This document shows positions 1 through 8,656 of a DNA stretch of 64,000 nucleotides, one piece after another. Source of the DNA: an uncultured Hyphomicrobiales bacterium (lineage in GTDB: Bacteria > Bacteroidota > Ignavibacteria > Kapaibacteriales > UBA2268). Below the pieces are notes generated by a model. The model had not been told where the DNA came from and made no database searches. It saw only the letters and a program-made list of their open reading frames with translations. The translations under genes were made by a program, and so were the position numbers. The stretch's first letter is position 1. Each line of letters starts with the position of its first letter. The stretch spans positions 3,613 to 67,612 of the forward strand of contig CAZCHH010000009.1 in assembly GCA_964498585.1 (NCBI GenBank), written 5' to 3'.

Positions 1-24
1 TATTTTCTTTTTAACACAAGTACC

Positions 25-290
25 TTCACCTCTCAAGAGTAATGTCACGGAGATAAGTAATTAATTATTATGGATAATTTCTTAAATTTCAAGTAGTCGT
101 CATTATTTGTAATATAATAATAAAAATTTAAAGAATTAAAGTGTTAAAAGGTCTTATTATTAAAGTTATTATAGTTTATATTTAAGATTGTATAAGTTAA
201 ATAAATATTTGTTTGTGTATGTAAAAAATTTGAATTATTCGCTTATCTCCGTGACATTACTCTCAAGAGGGGAATTGCGTAAGGTGAGTT
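25..290. mobile_element. Hairpin MITE-like element, family E. An inverted repeat of about 30-48 bp (cttatctccgtgacattactctcaagagg) flanks about 185 bp of AT-rich DNA.
   Basis: Positions 30-60 are the reverse complement of 245-273. The same repeat ends recur at 6195-6240 and 6526-6570. Confidence 0.5.
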
Positions 291-382
291 ATTCAAAAAA
301 AGAAAATTCAAAGAATTTTACTTCTTCATAAATTTTTTTTTATTTTTGTAAAATAATGAATAATTAATTCAAAAATAAAAAT

Positions 383-3094
383 ATGCCTTTAAGTTGGAAT
401 GAAATCAAAGAGCGGGCAGTCGATTTTTCAAAGGAATGGGAAAACGCCTGCAACGAAGAAGCAGACGCAAAACCCTTTTTAGACGCTTTCTTTAATGTAT
501 TTGGTATTAGCAGAAAAAAAGTGGCTACTTTCGAGCATAAAGTGAAAAAACTTGACGAGAGCGATGGCTATATTGATATGCTTTGGAAAGGGACGATTTT
601 AATTGAAATGAAAAGCCGCGGGAAAAATCTCGACAAAGCTTTAGTGCAGGCAAAAGAATATTTACAGGGTTTGCCTCAGCACGAACTTCCCAAATATCTC
701 CTTATTTCCGATTTCCAAAATTTCCGGCTCTTCGACCTCGAAGACGATACCAAAGTCGAATTTAAACTGAATGAACTTGTTTATAACGTCCAGCATTTCG
801 GATACATTCTGGGTTTTCAGAAAAAAGTTTATAAAGAGCAAGACCCCGCGAACATTCAAGCTGCTGAACGTATGGGGAAAATCCACGACAGATTGAAGGA
901 AATCGGCTATGACGGGCATCCGCTCGAAGTGTATTTGGTGCGGCTGCTGTTTTGCCTCTTTGCCGAAGATACTACCATTTTCAATAAAACGCAGTTTCAG
1001 GACTTCATTGAGCAAAGGACTAACGAAGATGGAAGCGACCTCGCTGCTAAACTGAACGAGCTTTTTCAGGTGCTTAATACTCCGCGTGAAAATCGCTTTA
1101 AAAATCTGGACGAGCAGCTTGCCGAATTTCCTTATATAAATGGACGTTTGTTTGAAGAAATGCTACCTACTGCGAGTTTCGATAAGAAAATGCGTTTGGC
1201 TCTCCTTGATTGCTGCGCGATTGACTGGGCAAAGATTTCACCTGCTATTTTCGGCTCTATGTTCCAAAGCGTGATGAATCCTAAAGAAAGGCGAAATCTC
1301 GGCGCCCACTATACTTCTGAAAAAAATATTCTGAAACTCATTAAACCGCTTTTCCTTGATGAACTTTGGAACGAATTTGAAAATGTAAAGGATAACAAAA
1401 GCAAACTTCAGGAGTTTCACAAAAAGCTGAGCAAACTGAAATTCCTCGACCCTGCTTGCGGTTGCGGTAATTTCCTTGTGATTACATACAGGGAGTTGCG
1501 GCTTTTGGAACTTGAAATATTGCGTTCACTTTATAAAACTGGGCAGGGCGTCCTTGATATTCGCGATATTATCTGGCTTGATGTGGATATGTTCTACGGT
1601 ATTGAATACGAAGAGTTCCCTGCACGCATTGCAGAAGTGGCTATGTGGCTTATTGACCACCAAATGAATCTGCTTGTCAGCTTTGAGTTCGGGCAGTATT
1701 TTTCCCGCCTTCCACTGAAAAAATCTGCTAATATAACAAACGGAAACGCCTTGCAAATTGACTGGGAAACCATTGTTCCAAAAAACGAACTTTCTTACAT
1801 TTTGGGTAATCCGCCCTTTGTTGGGTCTAAAATGATGACGGTTGAACAAAGAAACGATGTTTTAAAGGAAGCTAATAATATAAAAGGAAGCGGTGTTTTG
1901 GATTACGTAACTGCTTGGTATTTTAAAGCATCAAAGTTTATTCAGGGAACTAAAATTAAAGCAGCTTTTGTTTCTACAAATTCAATTACACAAGGAGAAC
2001 AGGTTTCTATTATTTGGAGCGAGTTATTAAACAATTATAAAATAAAAATTCACTTTGCACACAAAACGTTTAAATGGAGTAATGAAGCAAAAGGAAACGC
2101 TGCAGTTTATTGTGTAATAATCGGTTTTGCTAATTTTGATACTGATAATAAAAAGATATTTGATTATGAGGATATAAAAGGAGAACCTATTGAATTAAAA
2201 GTAAAAAATGTTAATCCATATTTAGTAGATGCCAAAGACATTTTTATTTTTAAAAGAAGAAAACCAATAAATGAAGTTCCAGAAATTGTTTTTGGAAATA
2301 TGCCGAATGATGGTGGAAATTTTTTTATTATAGATGAAGAAATTAAAGAATACATAGAACAGGAACCTTTATCAGAAAAGTATATTAAACCTTTTTTAGG
2401 TGCTCAGGAATATTTAAATGGAAAGAAAAAATGGTGTTTATGGTTTTATAAAAATTTTGAACCAAAAGATTTGAATTTAATGCCTATTACTTATCAAAGA
2501 ATAAAAAATGTTGAAAAATTAAGGAAAAACAGCAGTAGAAAAACAACAAGGAATTTAGCTTCTTTTCCTACATTATTTGGGGAAGTAAGACAACCTGATT
2601 CTGATTTTATTCTAATTCCGCGTGTTTCATCTGAAAATAGAAAAGTTATTCCTATGAGTATTTTTAACTCTGATTTTATTGTTGGTGATTCTTGTTTAGC
2701 AATACCAAATGCAAAATTATTTCATCTGGGAGTACTTCAATCTTCTATGCACATGGCATGGGTTAAATATGTTTGTGGAAGATTAAAAAGTGATTTCAGA
2801 TATTCAAATGAAATTGTTTACAACAACTTCCCCTGGCCTGAGCAGCCGGGCGAAAAGCAAGTCGAAGCAATAGAGAAAGCGGCACAGAAAGTATTGGACG
2901 CAAGAGCAGAGTACCCGGACAGTTCTTTAGCCGATTTATACGACCCCTTGACAATGCCCCCAAATTTAGTCAAAGCCCATAACGAATTAGACAAAGCAGT
3001 TGATTTAGCATACCGCCCGCAGCCATTTACAACGGAGGCAAAGCGTATGGAATTTCTCTTTGAACTCTACGAGAAAACTTTAAATAATGATTAA
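383..3094 (+). CDS. MmeI-family Type IIL restriction-modification enzyme: a single chain with an N-terminal nuclease, a gamma-class N6-adenine methyltransferase and a target-recognition domain.
   Basis: 903 aa. The N-terminus (MPLSWNEIKERAVDFSKEWE...FEHKVKK...LIEMKSRGKNLDKA) matches MmeI from memory. It has a GCGNFL SAM-binding motif and an NPPF catalytic motif (LGNPPFVGSK). Length and order match MmeI (about 919 aa). Confidence 0.85.
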   Translation: MPLSWNEIKERAVDFSKEWENACNEEADAKPFLDAFFNVFGISRKKVATFEHKVKKLDESDGYIDMLWKGTILIEMKSRGKNLDKALVQAKEYLQGLPQHELPKYLLISDFQNFRLFDLEDDTKVEFKLNELVYNVQHFGYILGFQKKVYKEQDPANIQAAERMGKIHDRLKEIGYDGHPLEVYLVRLLFCLFAEDTTIFNKTQFQDFIEQRTNEDGSDLAAKLNELFQVLNTPRENRFKNLDEQLAEFPYINGRLFEEMLPTASFDKKMRLALLDCCAIDWAKISPAIFGSMFQSVMNPKERRNLGAHYTSEKNILKLIKPLFLDELWNEFENVKDNKSKLQEFHKKLSKLKFLDPACGCGNFLVITYRELRLLELEILRSLYKTGQGVLDIRDIIWLDVDMFYGIEYEEFPARIAEVAMWLIDHQMNLLVSFEFGQYFSRLPLKKSANITNGNALQIDWETIVPKNELSYILGNPPFVGSKMMTVEQRNDVLKEANNIKGSGVLDYVTAWYFKASKFIQGTKIKAAFVSTNSITQGEQVSIIWSELLNNYKIKIHFAHKTFKWSNEAKGNAAVYCVIIGFANFDTDNKKIFDYEDIKGEPIELKVKNVNPYLVDAKDIFIFKRRKPINEVPEIVFGNMPNDGGNFFIIDEEIKEYIEQEPLSEKYIKPFLGAQEYLNGKKKWCLWFYKNFEPKDLNLMPITYQRIKNVEKLRKNSSRKTTRNLASFPTLFGEVRQPDSDFILIPRVSSENRKVIPMSIFNSDFIVGDSCLAIPNAKLFHLGVLQSSMHMAWVKYVCGRLKSDFRYSNEIVYNNFPWPEQPGEKQVEAIEKAAQKVLDARAEYPDSSLADLYDPLTMPPNLVKAHNELDKAVDLAYRPQPFTTEAKRMEFLFELYEKTLNND

Positions 3095-3115
3095 TGATTA
3101 ATGATTAATTGTTAG
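3084..3115. repeat. Heptameric tandem array (TAATGAT)n that overlaps the stop codon of the restriction-modification gene.
   Basis: Reads aataatgattaatgattaatgattaattgttag. It is in inverted orientation relative to the 3391-3438 array. Confidence 0.6.
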
Positions 3116-3123
3116 TTTGATTT

Positions 3124-3360
3124 GTCATTCTGAACCCCAAGATAAAGCAAGTGCTTTATTTAAATAGAGATGACATCAATTAACACAGTCATTCTGAACG
3201 AAGTGAAGAATCCAGAGAGTAGTGGTTAAAAAATTTCTGGATTCTTCACTTCGTTCAGAATGACCGACAAACTATAATGTAATTCCGAAACGAAGTGAGG
3301 AATCTCAAGTATCGTGGTAGCAATGACTTGTGAGATTTCTCACTTCGTTTCGAAATGACA
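3124..3360. repeat. Mosaic cluster of three hairpin elements: A (3124-3176), B (3188-3264, a 35-bp perfect stem) and C (3283-3360).
   Basis: All three show gtcattctga...tcagaatgac-type palindromes. Copies of each family recur at ten or more other loci in the window. Confidence 0.7.
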
Positions 3361-3390
3361 CAATATAAAAAGTCTTTTAACGAATTATAA

Positions 3391-3438
3391 CACTAATCAT
3401 TTATCATTAACAATTAACAATTAATAATTAACAATTAT
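3391..3438. repeat. Heptameric tandem array (TAATCAT/TAACAAT)n that abuts the stop codon of the GH57 gene.
   Basis: Reads cactaatcatttatcattaacaattaacaattaataattaacaatt. Confidence 0.6.
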
Positions 3439-5157
3439 TTATTCTTTCCACCAGCTCAAATCAAGTTCGGTAAATAGAGAATTTCTTTGCTCTGTTTCTT
3501 CTATGTATTTCCAGTCCTGTGGAGAAAGTTGCCCAGTTTCCTTTAGCTTTTCAAGTTTATTGAGCATCGTATTGAAATCAGAATGATGAAATGAAAAGCG
3601 CTGTTCGGCATAGTCACGGGCAGAGAATGTATAAATCAGGAATTGCCAGTCAGATGCCTGCATTAATAATAACTCCCGAAGTGCCTGTTTCAAAACTCTC
3701 GTTTCATCTTCATTTAAATTATTTACGGGGTATTTTTCATAAACAGCTTTCAGACGATTTTCATTGTCGTAAAGTTGCACCCAAGTCCATTTTGTATCCT
3801 CATTACTCCAGACATCGTGATTATTATTTTCACCCCAGGAACCTTCGGGAAGTAGCATTACTTCCTTTGGTTTTATTCTGCTGTATTGCTCAAAAGTAGT
3901 TGCAGAATTAACGTAAGGAGAATGATGTAACCCTTTCAGCACTGCTTTTATAAATTGCGGACCTTCGAACCACCAATGCCCAAAAAGTTCGGTATCAAAA
4001 GGAGTGCAGACAGTAGCAAATTTTCCAGTTGTTCTTTGGTAAAAATTTGATGTGTTTTCGATATGATGGATAAAATGATTTGACTGCATATCAATTTTTT
4101 CTGCGGTCCAATCCGGGTGATAAAGAAGTTTATACATCATATCGGCTTTATTATCAGTAACCCGCCAATACCTTAGACGAGAATCATTACTTTTTTTATG
4201 GAAATCAAGATAGTTCGACTCTCCGGGATAGCCGACCTGACCACTCCAGACCTGCATAGAAATATCGTGATGTCGGGTAAAAGCTGCTGCAGTTCCATAT
4301 TGTGTCTTCTCGCTTGAACTACATTGAAATAAAGAAAGTGGTGATTTATCGAAGCTATTGGGAATATTTTCATAAGAATTTGAACCGATAGAAACAAATT
4401 TATCCTTTTCTGCATCAATAAAAACGCCGAGTGGAGTTGCTCTTTCTGTTAAATCCTGGTCTGTTATAAAATAATTCAAACCATACCGGGCAAGAAACTG
4501 CTCAATACCGGGTCGCAAATGCTCCTTGTGATAAGGAGCAATTGGAATAAGAGATTTCCAGTTATACGAAGGGCGGTAGGCACATTCTGGCAGCCATATT
4601 CCACGTGCTTCACGTCCAAAATGTTTTTTATAGTTTTCAGAAGCAAGCTGAACCTGCAAATTTACGCTTTTGTCTGTTGCAAGAAGAGGAAGATAGCCGT
4701 GAGTAGCGCCACAAGTAAGGATTTCTATAGCTCCGCTGTCCTGCAATTTTTTAAAAGCCCCTATAATTGAATTGCTGTATTTATGAACAAAGTCATTTTT
4801 CCTTTGCTCATACCACCACTGCCAGTATTTTGTTAAATAAATATGATGAAGGTCGTAGCCCCAGTCAGTATATTTTTTTTCATCACCTGAGGCAGCCGCA
4901 ATTTTTTCATCACAATATTTAATAAAAATTTCTTTGAAATCCTGATGCTCAAGCTGTTCACAAAGAACAGGAGATATATCCAAAGTAACTTTTGGATAAA
5001 TACCTTCTTCCATCAATTCATTAAATACATTAAGCAATGGGATATAACATTCGGCAACGGCTTCAGTGAGCCAATCGACTCCGTGGGGCCATGTGCCGTG
5101 GTGTAAAACCCATGGTAAATGGGTATGCAGGACTAATATGAAGTTTCCTGAGTGCAT
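3439..5157 (-). CDS. Glycoside hydrolase family 57 protein (alpha-1,4-glucan branching enzyme or amylase-like).
   Basis: The N-terminus reads LVLHTHLPWVLHHGTWPHG, typical of GH57. Length is 572 aa. Confidence 0.7.
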   Translation of the reverse strand: MHSGNFILVLHTHLPWVLHHGTWPHGVDWLTEAVAECYIPLLNVFNELMEEGIYPKVTLDISPVLCEQLEHQDFKEIFIKYCDEKIAAASGDEKKYTDWGYDLHHIYLTKYWQWWYEQRKNDFVHKYSNSIIGAFKKLQDSGAIEILTCGATHGYLPLLATDKSVNLQVQLASENYKKHFGREARGIWLPECAYRPSYNWKSLIPIAPYHKEHLRPGIEQFLARYGLNYFITDQDLTERATPLGVFIDAEKDKFVSIGSNSYENIPNSFDKSPLSLFQCSSSEKTQYGTAAAFTRHHDISMQVWSGQVGYPGESNYLDFHKKSNDSRLRYWRVTDNKADMMYKLLYHPDWTAEKIDMQSNHFIHHIENTSNFYQRTTGKFATVCTPFDTELFGHWWFEGPQFIKAVLKGLHHSPYVNSATTFEQYSRIKPKEVMLLPEGSWGENNNHDVWSNEDTKWTWVQLYDNENRLKAVYEKYPVNNLNEDETRVLKQALRELLLMQASDWQFLIYTFSARDYAEQRFSFHHSDFNTMLNKLEKLKETGQLSPQDWKYIEETEQRNSLFTELDLSWWKE

Positions 5158-5165
5158 AATTTCCT

Positions 5166-5498
5166 TTATAAAGCAGCTAATGCTTCTTGTTCAGTTTCAA
5201 CTACCTGGATAATTGAGATGAAACCGCTGATTTTAAAGATTTCTTTAATATTTTCATTCATAGCAAAAAGAACAACTGAGCCGTTTCCTTTTTTTGCTAA
5301 TTTTGCAAAAAGAAGAATTGCTCTAAGTCCAGAGCTGCTGATATACTCAATTTTTGAGAAATCAATCGCTAATTTGTTCTCACCAGCTTCGATAACCGGC
5401 TTAATTGTGTTTTCCAATGTTTCGCTGGAAACAGAATCAATTCTTCCGTTAATACGAATTATTAGTTTGCCGTCTTTTTTTTCCTGTAAAATTTCCAT
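5166..5498 (-). CDS. STAS-domain anti-sigma-factor antagonist (RsbV/SpoIIAA-like).
   Basis: 110 aa. Contains a conserved phosphorylatable serine context, DFSKIEYISSSGLRAIL. Confidence 0.75.
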   Translation of the reverse strand: MEILQEKKDGKLIIRINGRIDSVSSETLENTIKPVIEAGENKLAIDFSKIEYISSSGLRAILLFAKLAKKGNGSVVLFAMNENIKEIFKISGFISIIQVVETEQEALAAL

Positions 5499-5628
5499 TT
5501 GCTTTCCTTTTATATATAATGATTTGATTTTTCTTGCTAATTCATAACATTTTAAAATCCATACTACATTTCATTGCTATTTTTTGTATAAATTTCAAAG
5601 TGTAAAAATAAGAAAATAAAATGTATTT

Positions 5629-6039
5629 TTAAACTTTTTTAATTAAAGTTAATATGTTTTTATTATTAATTCTTTCATAATCAATATTATCCATAATATT
5701 CTTAACAAAGAAAATACCCAAACCGCCGATTTTCCTTTCTTCTAGCGATAATTCCGTGTTGGGGTCTTCTTTTAAAAGGGGATTAAATTCAATACCATCA
5801 TCTGTTATAGTTATTTTTAATTCACGATTTTCCAAAGAAAAATCAAGATTGATTAGATGTTCATTATTATCTTTAAAAGCATAATTGATGACGTTTGTAA
5901 CTGCTTCTTCCAATGCAAGATTGATATTAAATGTATGCTTAGCAACGGCTACCCACTTTTCTGAAAGTTGTTCAAGAAAGTTATCAAGTAAAATAATTTC
6001 GCTTATTTTATTTTTTAATGTTATGCTTGCTGTTTCCAT
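5629..6039 (-). CDS. Anti-sigma regulatory factor and serine kinase (RsbW/SpoIIAB-like, GHKL ATPase).
   Basis: 136 aa with a GGLGI G2-box. Adjacent to the STAS gene on the same strand. Confidence 0.65.
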   Translation of the reverse strand: METASITLKNKISEIILLDNFLEQLSEKWVAVAKHTFNINLALEEAVTNVINYAFKDNNEHLINLDFSLENRELKITITDDGIEFNPLLKEDPNTELSLEERKIGGLGIFFVKNIMDNIDYERINNKNILTLIKKV

Positions 6040-6070
6040 TTGATAGTTAATTATTAATGGTTATTTGGTT

Positions 6071-6105
6071 ATACTTCTTCCCAAGTTGCACTTGGGAAGA
6101 AGTAT
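6071..6105. repeat. Palindrome family H (cttcccaagttgcacttgggaag).
   Basis: Perfect 35-bp palindrome. Copies occur at 44358-44387, 44461-44488, 48100-48129 and 62164-62195. Confidence 0.6.
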
Positions 6106-6137
6106 TTCATTTAAGTTTTACTTTTTAAAATTATTAA

Positions 6138-6570
6138 CTCACCTTACGCATTCCCCTCTTGAGAGGGGCAGGGCTGATACGTTCTCTGAATCCACTTGTC
6201 TTATTCCAATCTCAAGAGTAATGACACGAAGATTAGTTAATAATTTGAATTTTTTTTAGCATAATTAATTTATTTAACTTTTATTATCTTTTTTATAATA
6301 AATAAAAACTTTAATAATAAAATCTTTTAACACCTCCCCTACCCCTCCTTATTAGGAGGGGAATAAGAACTGTTCTATGTCTTAGCGTTCCCCTCCTAAC
6401 AAGGAGGGGTAAGGGGAGGTGTATTATACTTGATTTAAACACGATAATATTTTATCATTTTATTCTGATATTACAAATATGGACAGCTACTTGAAATATT
6501 AGCAATTATCCATAATAATTAATTTCTTATCTTCGTGACATTACTCTCAAGAGGGGAATGGTAAGGTGAA
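6138..6570. mobile_element. Family-E hairpin element copy with a nested 91-bp C/G-tract palindrome (6331-6421).
   Basis: Same terminal sequences as 25-290. The internal repeat is cacctcccctacccctcctt...aaggaggggtaaggggaggtg. Confidence 0.5.
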
Positions 6571-6610
6571 TTATTAATTATCTTTCTTTATAAACTCATT
6601 AACCCAATAT

Positions 6611-6668
6611 CACTTATCATTAATCATTTATCATTTATCATTAATCACTTATCACTTATCATTTATCA
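6611..6668. repeat. Heptameric tandem array (TTATCAT/TTATCAC)n that abuts the stop codon of the CoA-transferase gene.
   Basis: Reads cacttatcattaatcatttatcatttatcattaatcacttatcacttatcatttatcact. Confidence 0.6.
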
Positions 6669-7862
6669 CTAAATAACTTGCTTTTCTTTAAATTCCTTAA
6701 TTTCTTCTAAAGTATAACCAACACCAGTTAGGATTTCTTCCGTATGCTCTGAAAGAAATGGAGGAGGAGCTTCGACTCCGCCGGGAGTTTTTTCAAATTT
6801 TGCTGTAATATTAAATAGTTTTAAATCACCAACACCTTCTGCGTTTACTTGCTCAAAAGTTTTGCGATGCTCAATTTGAGGAGCGGAAAGAGCATTTCCT
6901 AAATCAAGGATAGCTCCAGATGGAATATCGTGTTTGTTCAAAATTTCTACCCAGTAATCAGTATTTTGTTCCATCAATTTTTCATCTAAAAGCGGTTTTA
7001 AAACGTATCTGTTTTTTTTGCGTGTATCACGTTCTTTGAAACGTGGGTCTTCTTTTAGTTCAGCAAGATTTAAAATATCAGCAAGATTTTCCCATTGCTC
7101 CTGTTTGTTTGCTGCAATGTTTAAATATCCGTCCTTTGTTTTGAAAACGCCGGAAGGAGCAGCAGTAAAGTTTTCGTTGCCCATAAGCTGTGGCTGCTGT
7201 CCGCCAATCATAAGGTTTGCTACCACCCAACCCATAAGTGGCATAACTGAATCTAGAAGTGCGATGTCGATGAACTGTCCAATGCCAGTTTTTTCTCTGT
7301 AATAAAGAGCTGAACTAATAGCAAAGGCAGCGTTAAGACCGCCTACAGTATCGCAAAGCGGAAAGCCGGCACGAAGCGGATTAAGTCGTTCATCGCCATT
7401 GATTGCCATTACACCGCTTAATCCTTGAATGATTTGGTCGTAAGCCGGTTTGTCGGCATCGGGTCCTGTTTGACCAAAACCGGAAATGGCGCAATATATG
7501 AGCCGTGGATTAATTTCTTTTAAAGTATCATAGCCGACCCCGAGCCGAGTCATCACACCGGGACGGAAGTTTTCTACGACTACGTCAGCAGTAGCAGCTA
7601 ATTTCTTAAAAATATCTTTTGCTTTTTCCTGTTTTAAATTTAGTGTAACAGATTTTTTGTTAGCGTTTTGTGCGAGAAAAGATGTTCCCATTAGTTTTTT
7701 ATTGTAGTCGGGAACGCAGCCCAATTTGCGGGCTAAATCGCCGTCTTTGGGATTTTCTATTTTTATAACTTCAGCTCCGAGCCAAGCTAAATGTAATGTT
7801 GCAAAAGGACCGGACAGAACGTTTGTCAAATCCAGTACTCTTATTCCTTCCATTAGTTTCAT
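6669..7862 (-). CDS. Family III CoA-transferase (CaiB/BaiF/formyl-CoA transferase family).
   Basis: Motifs GIRVLDLT...GPFAT...LGAEVIKIE. Start trimmed to the ATG at 7862, which follows an AAGGAG ribosome-binding site. Confidence 0.8.
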   Translation of the reverse strand: MKLMEGIRVLDLTNVLSGPFATLHLAWLGAEVIKIENPKDGDLARKLGCVPDYNKKLMGTSFLAQNANKKSVTLNLKQEKAKDIFKKLAATADVVVENFRPGVMTRLGVGYDTLKEINPRLIYCAISGFGQTGPDADKPAYDQIIQGLSGVMAINGDERLNPLRAGFPLCDTVGGLNAAFAISSALYYREKTGIGQFIDIALLDSVMPLMGWVVANLMIGGQQPQLMGNENFTAAPSGVFKTKDGYLNIAANKQEQWENLADILNLAELKEDPRFKERDTRKKNRYVLKPLLDEKLMEQNTDYWVEILNKHDIPSGAILDLGNALSAPQIEHRKTFEQVNAEGVGDLKLFNITAKFEKTPGGVEAPPPFLSEHTEEILTGVGYTLEEIKEFKEKQVI

Positions 7863-8025
7863 ATATTCTCCTTTGTTGTATTTTAATTTGCTTGTCATAC
7901 TTGATTTTCCAAATAATTTGGAAAGTTTTTAAATTGATATGACATTTTATATAAAATTTTTCTTTTTTTAACTTTCGCAAAGTTAAAAAACTTTACTAAA
8001 GTATGTTCCTTCAAAAAAAATTGAT

Positions 8026-8237
8026 GCCATTCTGAAATCCCAGATAAAGCAAATGCTTCATTGTCATTGAGATGACATAATTTTACACAGTCATTCTGAG
8101 CGCAGCGAAGAATCCAGAGAATAGTGCTTAAAAAGAAATGTTTCTGGATTCTTCACTGCGTTCAGAATGACTGTGTTAAGCGATGTCATCTCCATTTAAA
8201 TAAAAGTCTTCCTTTATCGGAAGATTACCAATGACAT
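8026..8237. repeat. Mosaic hairpin cluster: A forward (8026-8078), B (8090-8171) and A reverse (8181-8237).
   Basis: Same families as 3124-3360. Confidence 0.7.
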
Positions 8238-8656
8238 ATAAAAGTTTATTAAAACTATAGAGTCATACACACTTTTGGTTTCTTGCCCATTTAATACCTT
8301 CAGCTACAATATTTTCATCAATACTATTTTTTTCTATATGCAATTCAACTTGCTTACAAATATCACCAAGTTGGATTGGTTTATAAACTTTTTTATTAAT
8401 AAGTTTTTTTTAAAACAGAACTTATTTCATTCATTGAAAATTGCATTAAAATTCTTCGATTCTTCTATTATTGTGTCTATATAATCTTCTTTTAATCTCA
8501 TAAGTTAACTTATTATGTTTTAATTATTAAAAAATTCTTCAACATAATATTTACAAAATAACGAAAATATATTCATTTAAAAAAGATTGCATTTTAAACT
8601 TTGAATTAATCGAAGAATTTATTAAGTTGATTTATTTTAAATGAAGAGGTAAAATA

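Noticed and set aside
662-2355. Antisense ORFs inside the restriction-modification gene (662-1015, 1238-1420, 1526-1849 and 2164-2355, all minus strand). Similar internal antisense ORFs occur in other long genes.
   Set aside because: They lie entirely within well-supported longer genes on the opposite strand and carry no motifs.
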